From contig CAXXVK010000072.1 of assembly GCA_963676915.2 (NCBI GenBank), forward strand, positions 32,001 through 96,000: 64,000 nt of DNA, written 5' to 3'. A program made the translations under genes and the position numbers. Shown one piece after another: positions 12,016-22,462 of this stretch. The notes beneath the pieces were generated by a model. That model was not told where the DNA came from, did no database searches, and saw only the letters and a list, made by a program, of their open reading frames with translations. Every line of letters starts with the position of its first letter. The first letter of the stretch is position 1. The stretch comes from Myxococcota bacterium (GTDB lineage: Bacteria; Myxococcota_A; SURF-8; G963663525).

Positions 12016-12501
12016 TTATTCGTCGTAGAACTGGAATTCCTGCGTTTCGAGAATGTTTTGTGGGTTATCGATGAATTCGATCAACTTTTTGATCAGGAAA
12101 TAATGCTTGTCTTCCTCGGCGGCTAGTTTGTTGAGAATCTCGACGGATTCCAGGTGGTCGGCCTGAAGGGCTTCTTCGCGATAGCGGTTCTTGGCGTTTT
12201 CTTCGAATTCCAGGGCCGTTTGCAGCACGTCCAGAATGCCCACTTCATCCTTGAGCCAATTCACGTCGTTGAGCGAACTTTCCTTGATGACGTCACGAAT
12301 GCGGTGCATGGAACGGGTCGGCGGAAATTCTTTGGCGGCACCTGCTTTGATTTTTCGCAAAATCTCGGCATGTTTCAGTTCGTCATCGGCGAGGTTTTCC
12401 AAAATGGTTTTCACCGCCGGATTTTTCGCTTGCTCGGCATGTTCCATATAGTACTTGTGACCGTTCAACTCGAATTCGATTGCTTGATCTAAAATATCCA
12501 T
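12016..12501 (-). CDS. Ferritin-like/rubrerythrin family diiron protein
   Basis: Paired AIEFE…LADDELKH and ALEFEE…LAAEEDKH (ExxH) motifs. Confidence 0.88.
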   Translation of the reverse strand: MDILDQAIEFELNGHKYYMEHAEQAKNPAVKTILENLADDELKHAEILRKIKAGAAKEFPPTRSMHRIRDVIKESSLNDVNWLKDEVGILDVLQTALEFEENAKNRYREEALQADHLESVEILNKLAAEEDKHYFLIKKLIEFIDNPQNILETQEFQFYDE

Positions 12502-12994
12502 GTTCACCCTCCCGAGGTACGATGTTTTCAAAAACCATAGAATCCGGCACCTGCCGCTTCCACTTTCAATCCCTTTTTCTACGAGAAAAAATGGATTCCT
12601 TCCAAACAAGATAGTTAGTCTCCCCCCAATGTGCAATCCCTAGTTGCACTTTTTCTTGCCAAGAAATGTTTTGTGTTTTCCTCTTGATTGCCGTTGAGTA
12701 GAGGCATTCCCAAGATTCACTCTGGGAAACTCTTCAGTGACGTTGCATTTTCTGGGATTCTGTGAATAATGACTTGGGATTGCTCGTCGGCAGCCTTCTA
12801 TTTTCGGGCTTTGTCGATGGTGATGTTGTCGTGAAGTCTCCCTTTCTTGAAAATACTGGGGAGAAGTAGGGACTTTTTGCCGAAAAATCATAAAATTCCT
12901 TGCACTTTTCGGTCTTGTTCCTTATAAATCAATGCTCTCTCGGCTCAACGCCGGAGACGGATACTTATAGTTATTGGTCCAGAGGAGACGTGAT

Positions 12995-13474
12995 ATGCCA
13001 AGAATCAGCCGTAGAACCTCCGATACCGGCAGGAAAAAAGAACGGGAGCCTAAGGTTTCCTATCCGCGTAAGCCGACGCCGCTGGAAATCGCGAAAAAAA
13101 CGTACGGTTCGAAAGAAGAGCTGGTAAGCCTTTGCGTAAGCAAACTGGAAAAACAGGAACACGAGTCCAAGGATGACTTCAAAGCTCGTTTGAGCAAGGT
13201 TTCCTCCAGCAAACTGATGAACCTTTTGGATCAGGTCGACCAGGTCGAAAAAATGGGCGGCAAAGATGCCGTGATCGACATCGTGTACCGTTGGCATCGC
13301 CCGTTGGGTGACAAGGTGGACGAAGTGTACCGCCAAGCCCTCGGCAACAAGAGCCTTGGTTCCCTGCTCGACGAAGCCAAAACGATCGAGCGTCGCCGTA
13401 AAAATGGCGTTCAGCCTCCGGCATCGATCAAACCGATCAAAAAGAAGAAAAAGAACCACGCCGCCACGGTCTGA
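12995..13474 (+). CDS. Basic hypothetical protein with an internal helical repeat (GSKEELV / GGKDAVI)
   Basis: The RBS GAGGAG precedes the ATG. Lys/Arg-rich termini suggest nucleic-acid binding (inference). Confidence 0.6.
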   Translation: MPRISRRTSDTGRKKEREPKVSYPRKPTPLEIAKKTYGSKEELVSLCVSKLEKQEHESKDDFKARLSKVSSSKLMNLLDQVDQVEKMGGKDAVIDIVYRWHRPLGDKVDEVYRQALGNKSLGSLLDEAKTIERRRKNGVQPPASIKPIKKKKKNHAATV

Positions 13475-13562
13475 TTCTTTCTCTCGTTTGATTTCGAACG
13501 CATAACCCGCACTTCCGAGATTTTGGATGCGGGTTTTTTGCGTTGTTCCTCTCCTTGAATCG

Positions 13563-14198
13563 CTACTCCCAGCGAAACCACGATTCCGGCATTCCCGCAC
13601 AATTCATACAAATCACCCGGCCATCGTAGAGCACATTTTGCCGTTCGCGAGAGTGATGTCCGCACATTTCACAGGGTTTGTTTTCCGCATCGGGGGAAAT
13701 CGGCAGGCAGGTATGGGATTCGATCCGGCAGTAGTGCTCCAATGGTTCCGAAACCAGAATGTTGACGGCTTGAATCAGCGTGAATCCTTTCTTTTCCGCA
13801 TGAACGATCATCGAAGGTTCACTCACATAGCAGCCGGACTCTTTGGTGTCGTTTTCTAAAAAGGAAAACGGATTCCGGGTTACGGAAAAAGACAGAGTTT
13901 CTCCGCTGAAAGCATGGTGAAACAGAAAATCCCAGGGGCGTTTTTCATCTTCCGTGAAAAGAACGGCCATCGGGTCGTATTCTCGCAATAACATCCCCAG
14001 GCAAGCTGCGGCATCCGAACGCCTCGTGCACGCGATGCGAACCTGGTCGAGCCCATCGAAATGCTCCTCCGCGTGAGCGCCGACACACCAGCCGAGCGCC
14101 AACTCAAGGGTAAGTCCTTCGTTTTGCACGGCCAGATGATGCAGATCCCAGGGAACGAGGGTGGGATTGGCCCATTTTCTCACGACGCGCTTTTTCAC
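13563..14198 (-). CDS. Divergent FmdE-like protein with C-terminal CxxC…CxxC zinc finger
   Basis: C-terminal CEMCG…YDGRVICMNC. The overall size and the GLTLELALG segment resemble the FmdE N-terminus. Confidence 0.6.
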   Translation of the reverse strand: MKKRVVRKWANPTLVPWDLHHLAVQNEGLTLELALGWCVGAHAEEHFDGLDQVRIACTRRSDAAACLGMLLREYDPMAVLFTEDEKRPWDFLFHHAFSGETLSFSVTRNPFSFLENDTKESGCYVSEPSMIVHAEKKGFTLIQAVNILVSEPLEHYCRIESHTCLPISPDAENKPCEMCGHHSRERQNVLYDGRVICMNCAGMPESWFRWE

Positions 14199-14502
14199 GG
14201 GACACCTCTATCGATTTTCGGGCCGAAATTCTTCACACGGATACTATTTGCAACCGATCCAATCTACCTTTATTCACTGTAACAAACCTTTTTCCATGCA
14301 ATCAAGGGGGAAGTGCAGTTTCCGAGCACGAATGTTGTGGTGCAAGTCAGAGAAAGATACTCGATCGTTTTTCCACGAAATCACTCCCATTAACGTGCTT
14401 TCGAAAAGGAAAACTTGCCTTTTTTCGCCAATACGTCATGGTAAGTGCATCGAATGATCGCCAATACGACACCACGCGGTGAATGAACGACAAGGAAGTT
14501 TC

Positions 14503-16137
14503 ATGGGGAGAAAAAAAGCGAAGAAAACCGTAAAAAAACAAGGTTCTTCAAGTTCCGAGACTCCGAAAAAAGTCACACGACCCGGTTTACCTTTGGCTCC
14601 CGCCGTATTTTGTACGGGAGCTGGAATCATGATCGTGGAAATGGCGGCCTCGCGGCTGATTGCTCCGTATTACGGAACATCGATCCTGGTATGGACCGTA
14701 TTGATCGGCACCTTGCTGATTTTTCTTTCCACCGGATACTGGCTTGGAGGAAAACTTGCCGACCGCAGACCCGAGCACGGGTTGCTGTTCCGTTTGATTC
14801 TCCTTTCCGGCGTGGCGGTTTGTCTGCTTCCGATAGTGGCGAGGCCGCTTTTAGGCATTTCCGTTTCGGCGGTGAATGTCCTGACCGGCGAATTTTCGGC
14901 GGTGAAACTGGTGTTTCCGTTGTTGGGGACCGTGTTGTTGCTGGCATTTCCTATTGTGGCATTGGGTTGTGTGTCTCCCTTCGCGGTTCGTCTGGCGACC
15001 GATGACCTCGACCAACTGGGCAACACCGCCGGGAGGTTGTACGCGGTATCCAATCTAGGCTCGATTCTGGGAACGTTTCTTCCCGTCCTCGCTTTGATTC
15101 CATGGTTGGGAACACGCAATACGTTTTTCTTCGCAGGGGGCTTGCTGATTGCCGTGGGCGCGTTGGGTTTGCGGCGCAAAGCCGCGTTACCGGCGCTGGT
15201 TGTTTTACCTTTGATCTCGGCCTGGGGAGGGCAATCGATCCGCCCCGTAGAAGGACTGGTCGAGGAGACGGAATCGCTCTACCATTACGTGCAGGTATCG
15301 AAATACTTCGGTTGTGAAAAGGTTGGGGGCGAAGGCGTCAAGCTCTACCTCAACGAAGGACATTCCATGCATTCTTCGTATTGTCCCGAGGTAACGTGGC
15401 TGAATCAATACTGGGACTGGCTCTCGATCGCTCCGTATCTTTCCGGGGATGGAAAAAACGTCGAAGACCTGTTGATCGTCGGAATGGCTGCCGGAACCGT
15501 GGCGCAACAATACCGGGAAATCTATCCGGAGATTCGCATCGATGGAGTGGAACTCGATGGCGATGTGGTGGAAATGGGGAGAAAATATTTCGAACTGGAT
15601 CGTTTTGTCGCACCGGAACATCAGTACGTCATGGATGGACGCTCGTTTCTCTATCGAACACCCAAACGCTATGATGTCATCGTGCTGGATGCCTTTCGCC
15701 AGCCGTACATTCCTTTTCACCTCGTAACGGTGGAATTTTTCGACCTCGTTCGTCATCACCTGAAACCGGGCGGAGTCGTGGTGATGAACGTGAACAAAGT
15801 CCGACCCAATCAGCACGACCTTTCACGACTGGTATTGGCAACCATGGGACAAGTGTTCGAACACACGATCAGTTGGTCCTCGGATTCCTTCAACGATATC
15901 CTCGCCGCCGGGGACGTTCCACTCGATGCGGAAGCCGCCAGAGAGAGGATGCGTGTCTCGGGTCATCCGCAAATCCGTCGTCTGGAAAGGCGCATGAATC
16001 CCCCGACCGATTCCAAACTGGCTCAGGTGATGGGATTCAACCGATTCAAAGCCGGAGGCGATCCGCTGACCGACGACCGCGCCCCCGTCGAGTTGGCCTG
16101 GGACGCCATGTTTCTCGGATTGACCGAAAAGCATTGA
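14503..16137 (+). CDS. Fused MFS-like/spermidine synthase family SAM-dependent transferase
   Basis: The N-terminal TM region has EMAASRLIAPYYGTS and GRLYAVSNLGSILGT. The C-terminal region has LIVGMAAGT, VELDGDV, DGRSFL and YDVIVLDAF. Confidence 0.88.
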   Translation: MGRKKAKKTVKKQGSSSSETPKKVTRPGLPLAPAVFCTGAGIMIVEMAASRLIAPYYGTSILVWTVLIGTLLIFLSTGYWLGGKLADRRPEHGLLFRLILLSGVAVCLLPIVARPLLGISVSAVNVLTGEFSAVKLVFPLLGTVLLLAFPIVALGCVSPFAVRLATDDLDQLGNTAGRLYAVSNLGSILGTFLPVLALIPWLGTRNTFFFAGGLLIAVGALGLRRKAALPALVVLPLISAWGGQSIRPVEGLVEETESLYHYVQVSKYFGCEKVGGEGVKLYLNEGHSMHSSYCPEVTWLNQYWDWLSIAPYLSGDGKNVEDLLIVGMAAGTVAQQYREIYPEIRIDGVELDGDVVEMGRKYFELDRFVAPEHQYVMDGRSFLYRTPKRYDVIVLDAFRQPYIPFHLVTVEFFDLVRHHLKPGGVVVMNVNKVRPNQHDLSRLVLATMGQVFEHTISWSSDSFNDILAAGDVPLDAEAARERMRVSGHPQIRRLERRMNPPTDSKLAQVMGFNRFKAGGDPLTDDRAPVELAWDAMFLGLTEKH

Positions 16138-16204
16138 TTTCTCGGGGTCCGTGTAAAATCACCCTACCAACAATCCTCCTGTGTTTTTCTCATGCTCTCC
16201 TTGG

Positions 16205-16232
16205 TTGGCAACCACGAAAAACGTGGTATAAT
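16205..16232 (+). promoter_or_regulatory. Putative sigma70 promoter for the deacetylase gene
   Basis: TTGGCA-N16-TATAAT with an extended -10 (TGG-TATAAT), about 48 nt upstream of ATG 16280. Confidence 0.45.
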
Positions 16233-16279
16233 TTGCGATAAATACCAAGTTATCCACTTTTTACCGGATAGGAGCGCTG

Positions 16280-17329
16280 ATGAGCACTGCCTTGGTTCGT
16301 GACCCATTGTTTGTTCTCCACCGTCAGGGATCGATGGGGCATCCCGAGCGTCCCGAGCGATTGGAAGCCATTCTCGATGCTATCCATGCCGAAGGGTTGG
16401 ACCGTCGTACCGAGGAGTTGGAAGCTCGACCGGCGACGCCGGAAGAAATCACTACGGTTCACGATGCGAAATACCTGGAACAGGTGATGAATGCTCAGGG
16501 GAAAGAATACGCCTATCTCGACCCGGACACCTCGATGACCGAGTACAGTTGCGACGCTGCATTGGCGGCGGCGGGTGGGGCAATCGATCTGGCGCTGAAT
16601 ATCTACGACGGAAACTACCGGAATGGTTTTGCCTTAGTGCGGCCTCCGGGACATCATGCGGTGGTTGATCGTGCCATGGGGTTTTGTATCTTCAACAATA
16701 TTGCACTGGCGGCACAACAGTTGATCGAGCGTCGTGGCCTGGAGCGGGTAGCGATCGTCGATTTCGACGTGCACCACGGTAACGGTACCAATTTTACGTT
16801 TTACGAACGTCGGGACGTGCTGTTTTTCTCGACGCACCAGTATCCCCATTATCCAGGTACCGGGCGATTCAGGGATGTAGGATTGGAAGAAGGGAAGGGT
16901 TACAGCATCAACATTCCTTTGCCAGCCCGTATGGGAGACGACGAACACCTGCTAATCTACCATAACGCCGTTCTCCCGGTGTTGGAGAGCTATCGGCCAC
17001 AGATGATCCTCGTATCCGCCGGATTCGATGGTCACGAGCGGGATATGCTGGCTGGCGAATCCATGACTACTGGTGGGTATATTACGTTGATGAATTTGCT
17101 GAAGCAGGCTGCGGATCGTCTGTGTGACGGTCGTTTGGCGTTTTATCTGGAAGGCGGGTACGACCTGACGGCCTTGCGTGAAACCGTTTCGGCAGGGATT
17201 CGTATTTTGCTGGGAGACGATGTAAAAGGCAGCCCGATACCAACGGCTATGCAAGGCTCCAACGCGCTAAAACTCTACCAGCGTTTGCAAATGCGTCATG
17301 GAAGGTATTGGGATTGTCTGGCGGAGTAA
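16280..17329 (+). CDS. Histone deacetylase family (Zn-dependent) deacetylase
   Basis: HPERPER, RPPGHHA, GFCIFNN, DFDVHHGNGT, SAGFD and LEGGY motifs. Confidence 0.94.
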   Translation: MSTALVRDPLFVLHRQGSMGHPERPERLEAILDAIHAEGLDRRTEELEARPATPEEITTVHDAKYLEQVMNAQGKEYAYLDPDTSMTEYSCDAALAAAGGAIDLALNIYDGNYRNGFALVRPPGHHAVVDRAMGFCIFNNIALAAQQLIERRGLERVAIVDFDVHHGNGTNFTFYERRDVLFFSTHQYPHYPGTGRFRDVGLEEGKGYSINIPLPARMGDDEHLLIYHNAVLPVLESYRPQMILVSAGFDGHERDMLAGESMTTGGYITLMNLLKQAADRLCDGRLAFYLEGGYDLTALRETVSAGIRILLGDDVKGSPIPTAMQGSNALKLYQRLQMRHGRYWDCLAE

Positions 17330-17356
17330 TTCGCAGAAAGTGCAATGACGCCAACA

Positions 17357-17398
17357 CAACAAAAAAACCTTCGGCAAGGACCGAAGGTTTTTTTGTTG
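17357..17398. terminator. Bidirectional rho-independent terminator
   Basis: CAAC-A7-CCTTCGG / loop CAAGGA / CCGAAGG-T7-GTTG, between the convergent deacetylase gene and nuoI. Confidence 0.9.
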
Positions 17399-17414
17399 GT
17401 ATCGTAATTTTTCT

Positions 17415-18041
17415 TTAATATTCGCGTTGTTGCGCTTCTTCCGTCGGTAGCACCGTCAACGGAGCTTGGGCCGGTTCCTTGCCTGGAATCGGATTGAAAA
17501 CGATGTTGTGCTGACCTTCTTTGACGTTCTTCATTTCCAGAAGCAGGTCACGATTTACGATGGCCTGTTCTCGTGTATGGATCGCCATGGCCGGGTGGCC
17601 CGAGTCCATGCGGATGGCGTCTTCCGGGCAGGCCTGGACGCAGAAACCGCAGTAAATACAACTAAGTTGATCGATGACGAAAGTCTTCGGGCGACGGTCG
17701 ATCTTTTGACGACCGGTGTAGTAAGGTTCGATTTCCTCGGCTTCGATGGTAATAACGTTCGCCGGGCAGGCCATCGCACACATCTGGCAGGCCACGCAGG
17801 TGATGGAGCCGTCCGAACGCCGTGTCAGGTAGTGACGGCCACGTGTTCGGTAATAAGTGTCGAATTTCTCTTCCGGGTATTCTTTCGTGACGGTTTTTTC
17901 GCGACGGAAAAACGGCCAGTTCGAAAGGAAATGACCCAGGGTAACGCTCATTCCGCGAAGGATTTCGGGAAGGTAGAGTTTTTCCCAGAAGTCCAGTTCC
18001 CGGTTGAGATGCATGTATTTGAATTTGGGGTTGTCGCTCAT
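17415..18041 (-). CDS. nuoI: NADH-quinone oxidoreductase subunit I
   Basis: Two CxxCxxCxxxCP motifs (CVACQMCAMACP, CIYCGFCVQACP) and YPEEK. Confidence 0.93.
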   Translation of the reverse strand: MSDNPKFKYMHLNRELDFWEKLYLPEILRGMSVTLGHFLSNWPFFRREKTVTKEYPEEKFDTYYRTRGRHYLTRRSDGSITCVACQMCAMACPANVITIEAEEIEPYYTGRQKIDRRPKTFVIDQLSCIYCGFCVQACPEDAIRMDSGHPAMAIHTREQAIVNRDLLLEMKNVKEGQHNIVFNPIPGKEPAQAPLTVLPTEEAQQREY

Positions 18042-18090
18042 CGTTCGCCTCTTGATTGAAACCGCGAAAGACCGTTTTTCCTCGTCCCAC

Positions 18091-19176
18091 TTATAGCAGC
18101 ATGATGACCGCTGTCACAATGAGATTGAGCAGACTCAGCGGCAGCAGGAACAGCCAGCCGAAGTGCATTACCTGATCGTATCGGAAACGGGGCAGCGTCC
18201 AGCGGATCGCCAACTGGATAAAGCAGAACATCGCTACTTTCGTCGCGAAAACGGCGAATTGCCCGGCGGCGGTTATCAGACCTGCCAAAGTGATGTTTCC
18301 GGTGGTTTGAACCAACCAGGCATGAACCGGCGTCCAGACATCCACCCACGGCAGGACGTGATAGGAGCCGAAGAACATCGTTGTCAGCAGCATGCCCAAC
18401 AGGACGATTTCGACGAATTCACCGAACATGAACATACCGAAACGCATGCCGGAATACTCCAGGAAGTATCCGACGATTTCGCTTTCGCCTTCGGGAAGGT
18501 CGAAGGGGGCACGCTTCGTCTCGGCAATACCCGCTGCGAAAAACAGAAGGAATCCGAACGGTTGCAGGAACACTCCCCAGGCTCCTCCGCCTTGCATGGC
18601 GGCGATTTCATCCAGCCGTACCGATCCCATCACCATGAAAATTCCTACCAGGGTCAATCCGAGAGTGACTTCGTAGGAAATCATCTGCGCCGAAGTACGC
18701 ATCGAACCCAAAAGTCCGAGTTTGTTATCCGAGGAATACCCCGCCAGCACGCCGCCATAGATCGAAAGACCACTCAGCGCGAATATCAGCAAAATGCCTT
18801 CGCTGATGGGGGCGATGATCATCGGGATGTCCGTGCCGAACAGGTTGAACGTTCCGCCAAAAGGAACCATCGCGAGGCTGATCAGCACCATCGACAGGCC
18901 AAGGATCGGAGCGAGGTGAAACAGGAATTTGTTGGCGTTGTCGGGAATCACGTCTTCTTTGAAGATCATCTTGATTCCGTCGGCCAGGAAGTGAGGCAGT
19001 CCCCACAGGCGAATGCCCATGATCGCCGCACGGTTGGGGCCGATCCGGTCCTGCATGTATGAGGACTGCTTGCGTTCCTGCCATGTCAGCAGACCCGCCA
19101 GCCCAAGGGCGAATCCCAGGATAAGCACTCCGAATTTTACGACGGTGGCGATGATCTGGATGGCCAACTCGTTCAT
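18091..19176 (-). CDS. nuoH: NADH-quinone oxidoreductase subunit H
   Basis: ERK…QDRIGPNR, ADGIKMIFKED, AQMISYE, AETKRAPFDLPEGESE and PRFRYDQ. Confidence 0.96.
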   Translation of the reverse strand: MNELAIQIIATVVKFGVLILGFALGLAGLLTWQERKQSSYMQDRIGPNRAAIMGIRLWGLPHFLADGIKMIFKEDVIPDNANKFLFHLAPILGLSMVLISLAMVPFGGTFNLFGTDIPMIIAPISEGILLIFALSGLSIYGGVLAGYSSDNKLGLLGSMRTSAQMISYEVTLGLTLVGIFMVMGSVRLDEIAAMQGGGAWGVFLQPFGFLLFFAAGIAETKRAPFDLPEGESEIVGYFLEYSGMRFGMFMFGEFVEIVLLGMLLTTMFFGSYHVLPWVDVWTPVHAWLVQTTGNITLAGLITAAGQFAVFATKVAMFCFIQLAIRWTLPRFRYDQVMHFGWLFLLPLSLLNLIVTAVIMLL

Positions 19177-19186
19177 TGCGTTCTCC

Positions 19187-20413
19187 TTATCTCTCCAACT
19201 CGCCGCCGATCATATTGATCGAGCCGAACGTGGGAACGATGTCCGCGATCTGCCCACCGATGCACATTTCGGTCAGCGCCGCCGTATTCATGAAGCAGGG
19301 AGGACGGACACGCACGCGGAACGGAATGCCCGACCCGTCGGAAACGATGTAGAATCCCAACTCGCCGTTGGGAGCTTCTACCGCGTAATAGCGTTCGCCT
19401 TCGGGAACTTTTACGCCTTCCATCACATGCTTGAAATGATGGATCAAGCCTTCGATATGACCGTAGGTGTCTTTCTTTTTCGGTTGAAAGACTTTCGGAT
19501 CGTCGATCATCACGTCTCCGTCCGGGAGATTGTCCAGACATTGATCGATCATCCGCAGGCTTTGTTCCATTTCTTCCATACGAACGAGATAAGCATCGTA
19601 GTTGTCGCCGTATTTTCCGAAAGGAACTTCGAAATCCAACTTGTCGTAGAACCAGTATGGAGCGTCTTTGCGTAAATCCAGGTCACTTCCGGCGGCACGC
19701 AGGCGCGGACCGGTCATACCGTAGGAAATGCAGCGATCGAGCGGTAATTCGCCGGTATGGCGGAAACGATCGTAAAAGATTCGGTTGCGGGTGATCAGTT
19801 TGCTGCCGTCTTCGATCAACTCCCGGATCTGCGGTTCAACCTCCTCACGCCATTCCTTTTCGAATCCGTCGTAGAGGTCGAACGCCTGCCCGCCTACGCG
19901 GCTCATGCTGGTCGTAATGCGCGCACCGCAGATTTTCTCGAACATGAAATAAATCAGTTCACGCGCTTTGATATAGTAGAAAAAGTGAGTGAAACCACCA
20001 AGTTCCATCGCCGATGCCGTGACGCAGGTCAGGTGGTCGGCAACGCGCCCCATTTCGGAGACGATCATCCGCACCCAGACGGCCCGGTCCGGCAACGTAA
20101 TTCCCATGTGCTCCTCGACGGCGGCACAGTAGGCGGCGTTGTTCAACGTGGGGCTGACGTAGTTCAGCCGGTCGGTGAACACGACGTTCTGGTCCCAGGT
20201 GCGATGCTCGCACATTTTTTCCATGCCCCGGTGCAGGTAGCCGATGGTGGCGTCCATGCCGACTACCAGTTCGCCTTCGGCCTGGGTATCCAGCTTGACG
20301 ATTCCGTGCATCGCCGGGTGGGAGGGACCGAGTTGCAACTCGAATGCCTCGGCGGGCACCGTTCCTACATCGTCAACAACGGTTGCCTGGGATTTCGTGG
20401 TTTCTTCGCTCAT
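19187..20413 (-). CDS. nuoD: NADH-quinone oxidoreductase subunit D
   Basis: GPSHPAMHG, GYLHRGMEK, DRLNY and EAPNGELG; no [NiFe] CxxC pairs. Confidence 0.96.
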   Translation of the reverse strand: MSEETTKSQATVVDDVGTVPAEAFELQLGPSHPAMHGIVKLDTQAEGELVVGMDATIGYLHRGMEKMCEHRTWDQNVVFTDRLNYVSPTLNNAAYCAAVEEHMGITLPDRAVWVRMIVSEMGRVADHLTCVTASAMELGGFTHFFYYIKARELIYFMFEKICGARITTSMSRVGGQAFDLYDGFEKEWREEVEPQIRELIEDGSKLITRNRIFYDRFRHTGELPLDRCISYGMTGPRLRAAGSDLDLRKDAPYWFYDKLDFEVPFGKYGDNYDAYLVRMEEMEQSLRMIDQCLDNLPDGDVMIDDPKVFQPKKKDTYGHIEGLIHHFKHVMEGVKVPEGERYYAVEAPNGELGFYIVSDGSGIPFRVRVRPPCFMNTAALTEMCIGGQIADIVPTFGSINMIGGELER

Positions 20414-20447
20414 ATGAAGCCTCTTCGAACGTTATTGCCCGGATCGT

Positions 20448-21062
20448 TCAATCGTCCAGACCGTCGGTGAGTCCGTATTCTTCTATTTTCTCTGTTTTCG
20501 TCCACTGGTACGGAGGATCGGGTTCGACCTCGATCGGCGTACGCAATTCGATGGTCGGCTGATGTTTTTTCAGCGGGTAATCCTTGCGTAGCGGATGACC
20601 TTCGAATCCTTCGTACATCAGCAGTCGCCGGATTTTACCGTGCTTTTCGAGATCGGGATGTCCCTCGAAATGAATGCCGTACATGTCCCAGACTTCCCGT
20701 TCCAGCCAATCGGCGTTGGCCCACAGATCGGCAATGGATTGAATCTTGGGATCTTTTTCCGAAACTTCCGCTTTCAGGCGCACACGATAGTTGTGCGACT
20801 GCGAATAAAGCTGGTACACCACCTCGAAACGCTCGCCTTCGCGGTTGGGATAGCCCATGTAATCGACGGCGGTAAGATCGGTAAGGAAATTGAATTGAAG
20901 ATTTTTGTCGTTCTTCAATGTTTCCAACAGCTTATGGATCTGCCCGGCCTGAACCACCAACCGGTCGTCGCCTTTGATGGCGATTTTTTCGACGATGGAG
21001 TCTTTGCAGGCTTTTTCGAGCGCTTGGGCAACCTTGTCCAGGTTGAGGGTGATCGGTTTCAC
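20448..21062 (-). CDS. nuoC: NADH-quinone oxidoreductase subunit C
   Basis: [19 protein letters not shown] and [10 protein letters not shown]. Confidence 0.95.
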   Translation of the reverse strand: MKPITLNLDKVAQALEKACKDSIVEKIAIKGDDRLVVQAGQIHKLLETLKNDKNLQFNFLTDLTAVDYMGYPNREGERFEVVYQLYSQSHNYRVRLKAEVSEKDPKIQSIADLWANADWLEREVWDMYGIHFEGHPDLEKHGKIRRLLMYEGFEGHPLRKDYPLKKHQPTIELRTPIEVEPDPPYQWTKTEKIEEYGLTDGLDD

Positions 21063-21094
21063 GGATTTCCCCCTTTACGGGTTGACGAACGGAC

Positions 21095-21622
21095 TCAAGC
21101 CCTTTCCAGTTGGTTTTTCCCGGTTTGAATCGCGGCGGCCAGCGCGTCTCTCACCGGGGTTTCCGTATCGATTTTCTCGTGGAGCTTCATCAGTCCCTGA
21201 AGCACCGCCTCGGGGCGGGGAGGGCAACCGGCGATATAAACATCCACGGGAATAATGTGATCGATGCCCGGTACGGCGGCGTAGTTGTCGTACACACCAC
21301 CGGTGGAGGCGCAAGCGCCAAACGCTACGACCCACTTCGGTAAAGCCATCTGGTCGTAGACCTGTTTAAGCACGGGAGCTTGTTTGTGGTTCACGGTGCC
21401 TACGACCATCAGAAGGTCGGATTGTCGTGGCGAAAACCGGGGAAACTCGGCTCCGAAACGGGCGATATCGTAGTGAGCGCCGACGGTGGACATGTATTCC
21501 ATACCGCAACAGGCCGTCACGAAAGGATAGAGGAACAGGGACCATTTGCGTCCCCAGTTGACCCATTCTTCCAGGCGCGTCGTGACGAATTCGGAATTAC
21601 CGGCAAAACGTTCTAATCCCAT
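21095..21622 (-). CDS. nuoB: NADH-quinone oxidoreductase subunit B
   Basis: [22 protein letters not shown] and GCPPRPE. The ATG overlaps the end of nuoA. Confidence 0.96.
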   Translation of the reverse strand: MGLERFAGNSEFVTTRLEEWVNWGRKWSLFLYPFVTACCGMEYMSTVGAHYDIARFGAEFPRFSPRQSDLLMVVGTVNHKQAPVLKQVYDQMALPKWVVAFGACASTGGVYDNYAAVPGIDHIIPVDVYIAGCPPRPEAVLQGLMKLHEKIDTETPVRDALAAAIQTGKNQLERA

Positions 21623-21966
21623 TGCAGGGCTCCTTTGCGCCATTCGTATACCAAGGCGAGACAGAGAATCAGGAGGAAAGGAACCATTACGGCGAATCCG
21701 TACCAGGCCAGATCGCGGTAGATGACGGCCCACGGATAGATGAACACGGCTTCGAGGTCGAAAACCAGGAACAAAATCGCGACCATATAGTATTTGACCG
21801 CATACCGTTTACCCTGGGTTCCGTAAGAGACGTTACCGCATTCGAAGGGCGCATTTTTAACATCGTTGCGCTCTTTGGGACCGATGAACGCAGCCATACC
21901 GGCCATGGCCATCGCCACACCGACCCCGGCGGCAAAAACAATCAATACGGCGAGATAGGGGTCCAT
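21613..21966 (-). CDS. nuoA: NADH-quinone oxidoreductase subunit A
   Basis: [19 protein letters not shown] and [10 protein letters not shown]. Confidence 0.95.
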   Translation of the reverse strand: MDPYLAVLIVFAAGVGVAMAMAGMAAFIGPKERNDVKNAPFECGNVSYGTQGKRYAVKYYMVAILFLVFDLEAVFIYPWAVIYRDLAWYGFAVMVPFLLILCLALVYEWRKGALQWD

Positions 21967-22042
21967 TCTCCGTACTCCTGAAAAAAGATAACTTGTTGTA
22001 GTCATTCGGGATCTTGACAATCCTTCACCAAAATGCAAGCGG

Positions 22043-22071
22043 AGAGTACGATATCGGTACGATTTTGTCAA
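22043..22071 (-). promoter_or_regulatory. Putative sigma70 promoter of the nuo operon
   Basis: Minus strand TTGACA-N17-TACTCT, about 77 nt upstream of the nuoA ATG. Confidence 0.55.
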
Positions 22072-22462
22072 GGGTAACTCTGTTAGTCTTCATCTTGAAT
22101 AGCGCCTTGTTTCATGCGGTTTTTTATGGGGAACGGTTCATCGAACAGGACCGAAACTATTTAATGTCATTGAAGGGACAGCTTTTGTAGCATAGGAATA
22201 TAAAGAAGAATTGAAGGGGATTGGTGAAGATATCATACAACCCAACGAGCCTAAAGCACCGTATTGGTTTCATGAAGAGATACTTTTCGACTTTATTCAT
22301 AAACGTTATGTCCTTGATGAGTGGTCGCCGCGTGGAATATCTAGTAGATCTAGAGAGTAGGAAACATTTCCTGGACGAATGCCTTTCGTGTGCTATCTGT
22401 ACATCGGAAAACCGTGGCGGGTGACCGTCTTCCGACTGGAGCGGCCAATACAGGAGTAGTTC

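Noticed and set aside
19187-21622. Group 4 [NiFe]-hydrogenase
   Set aside because: The large subunit lacks both CxxC Ni-binding motifs and has the NuoD quinone-site motifs.
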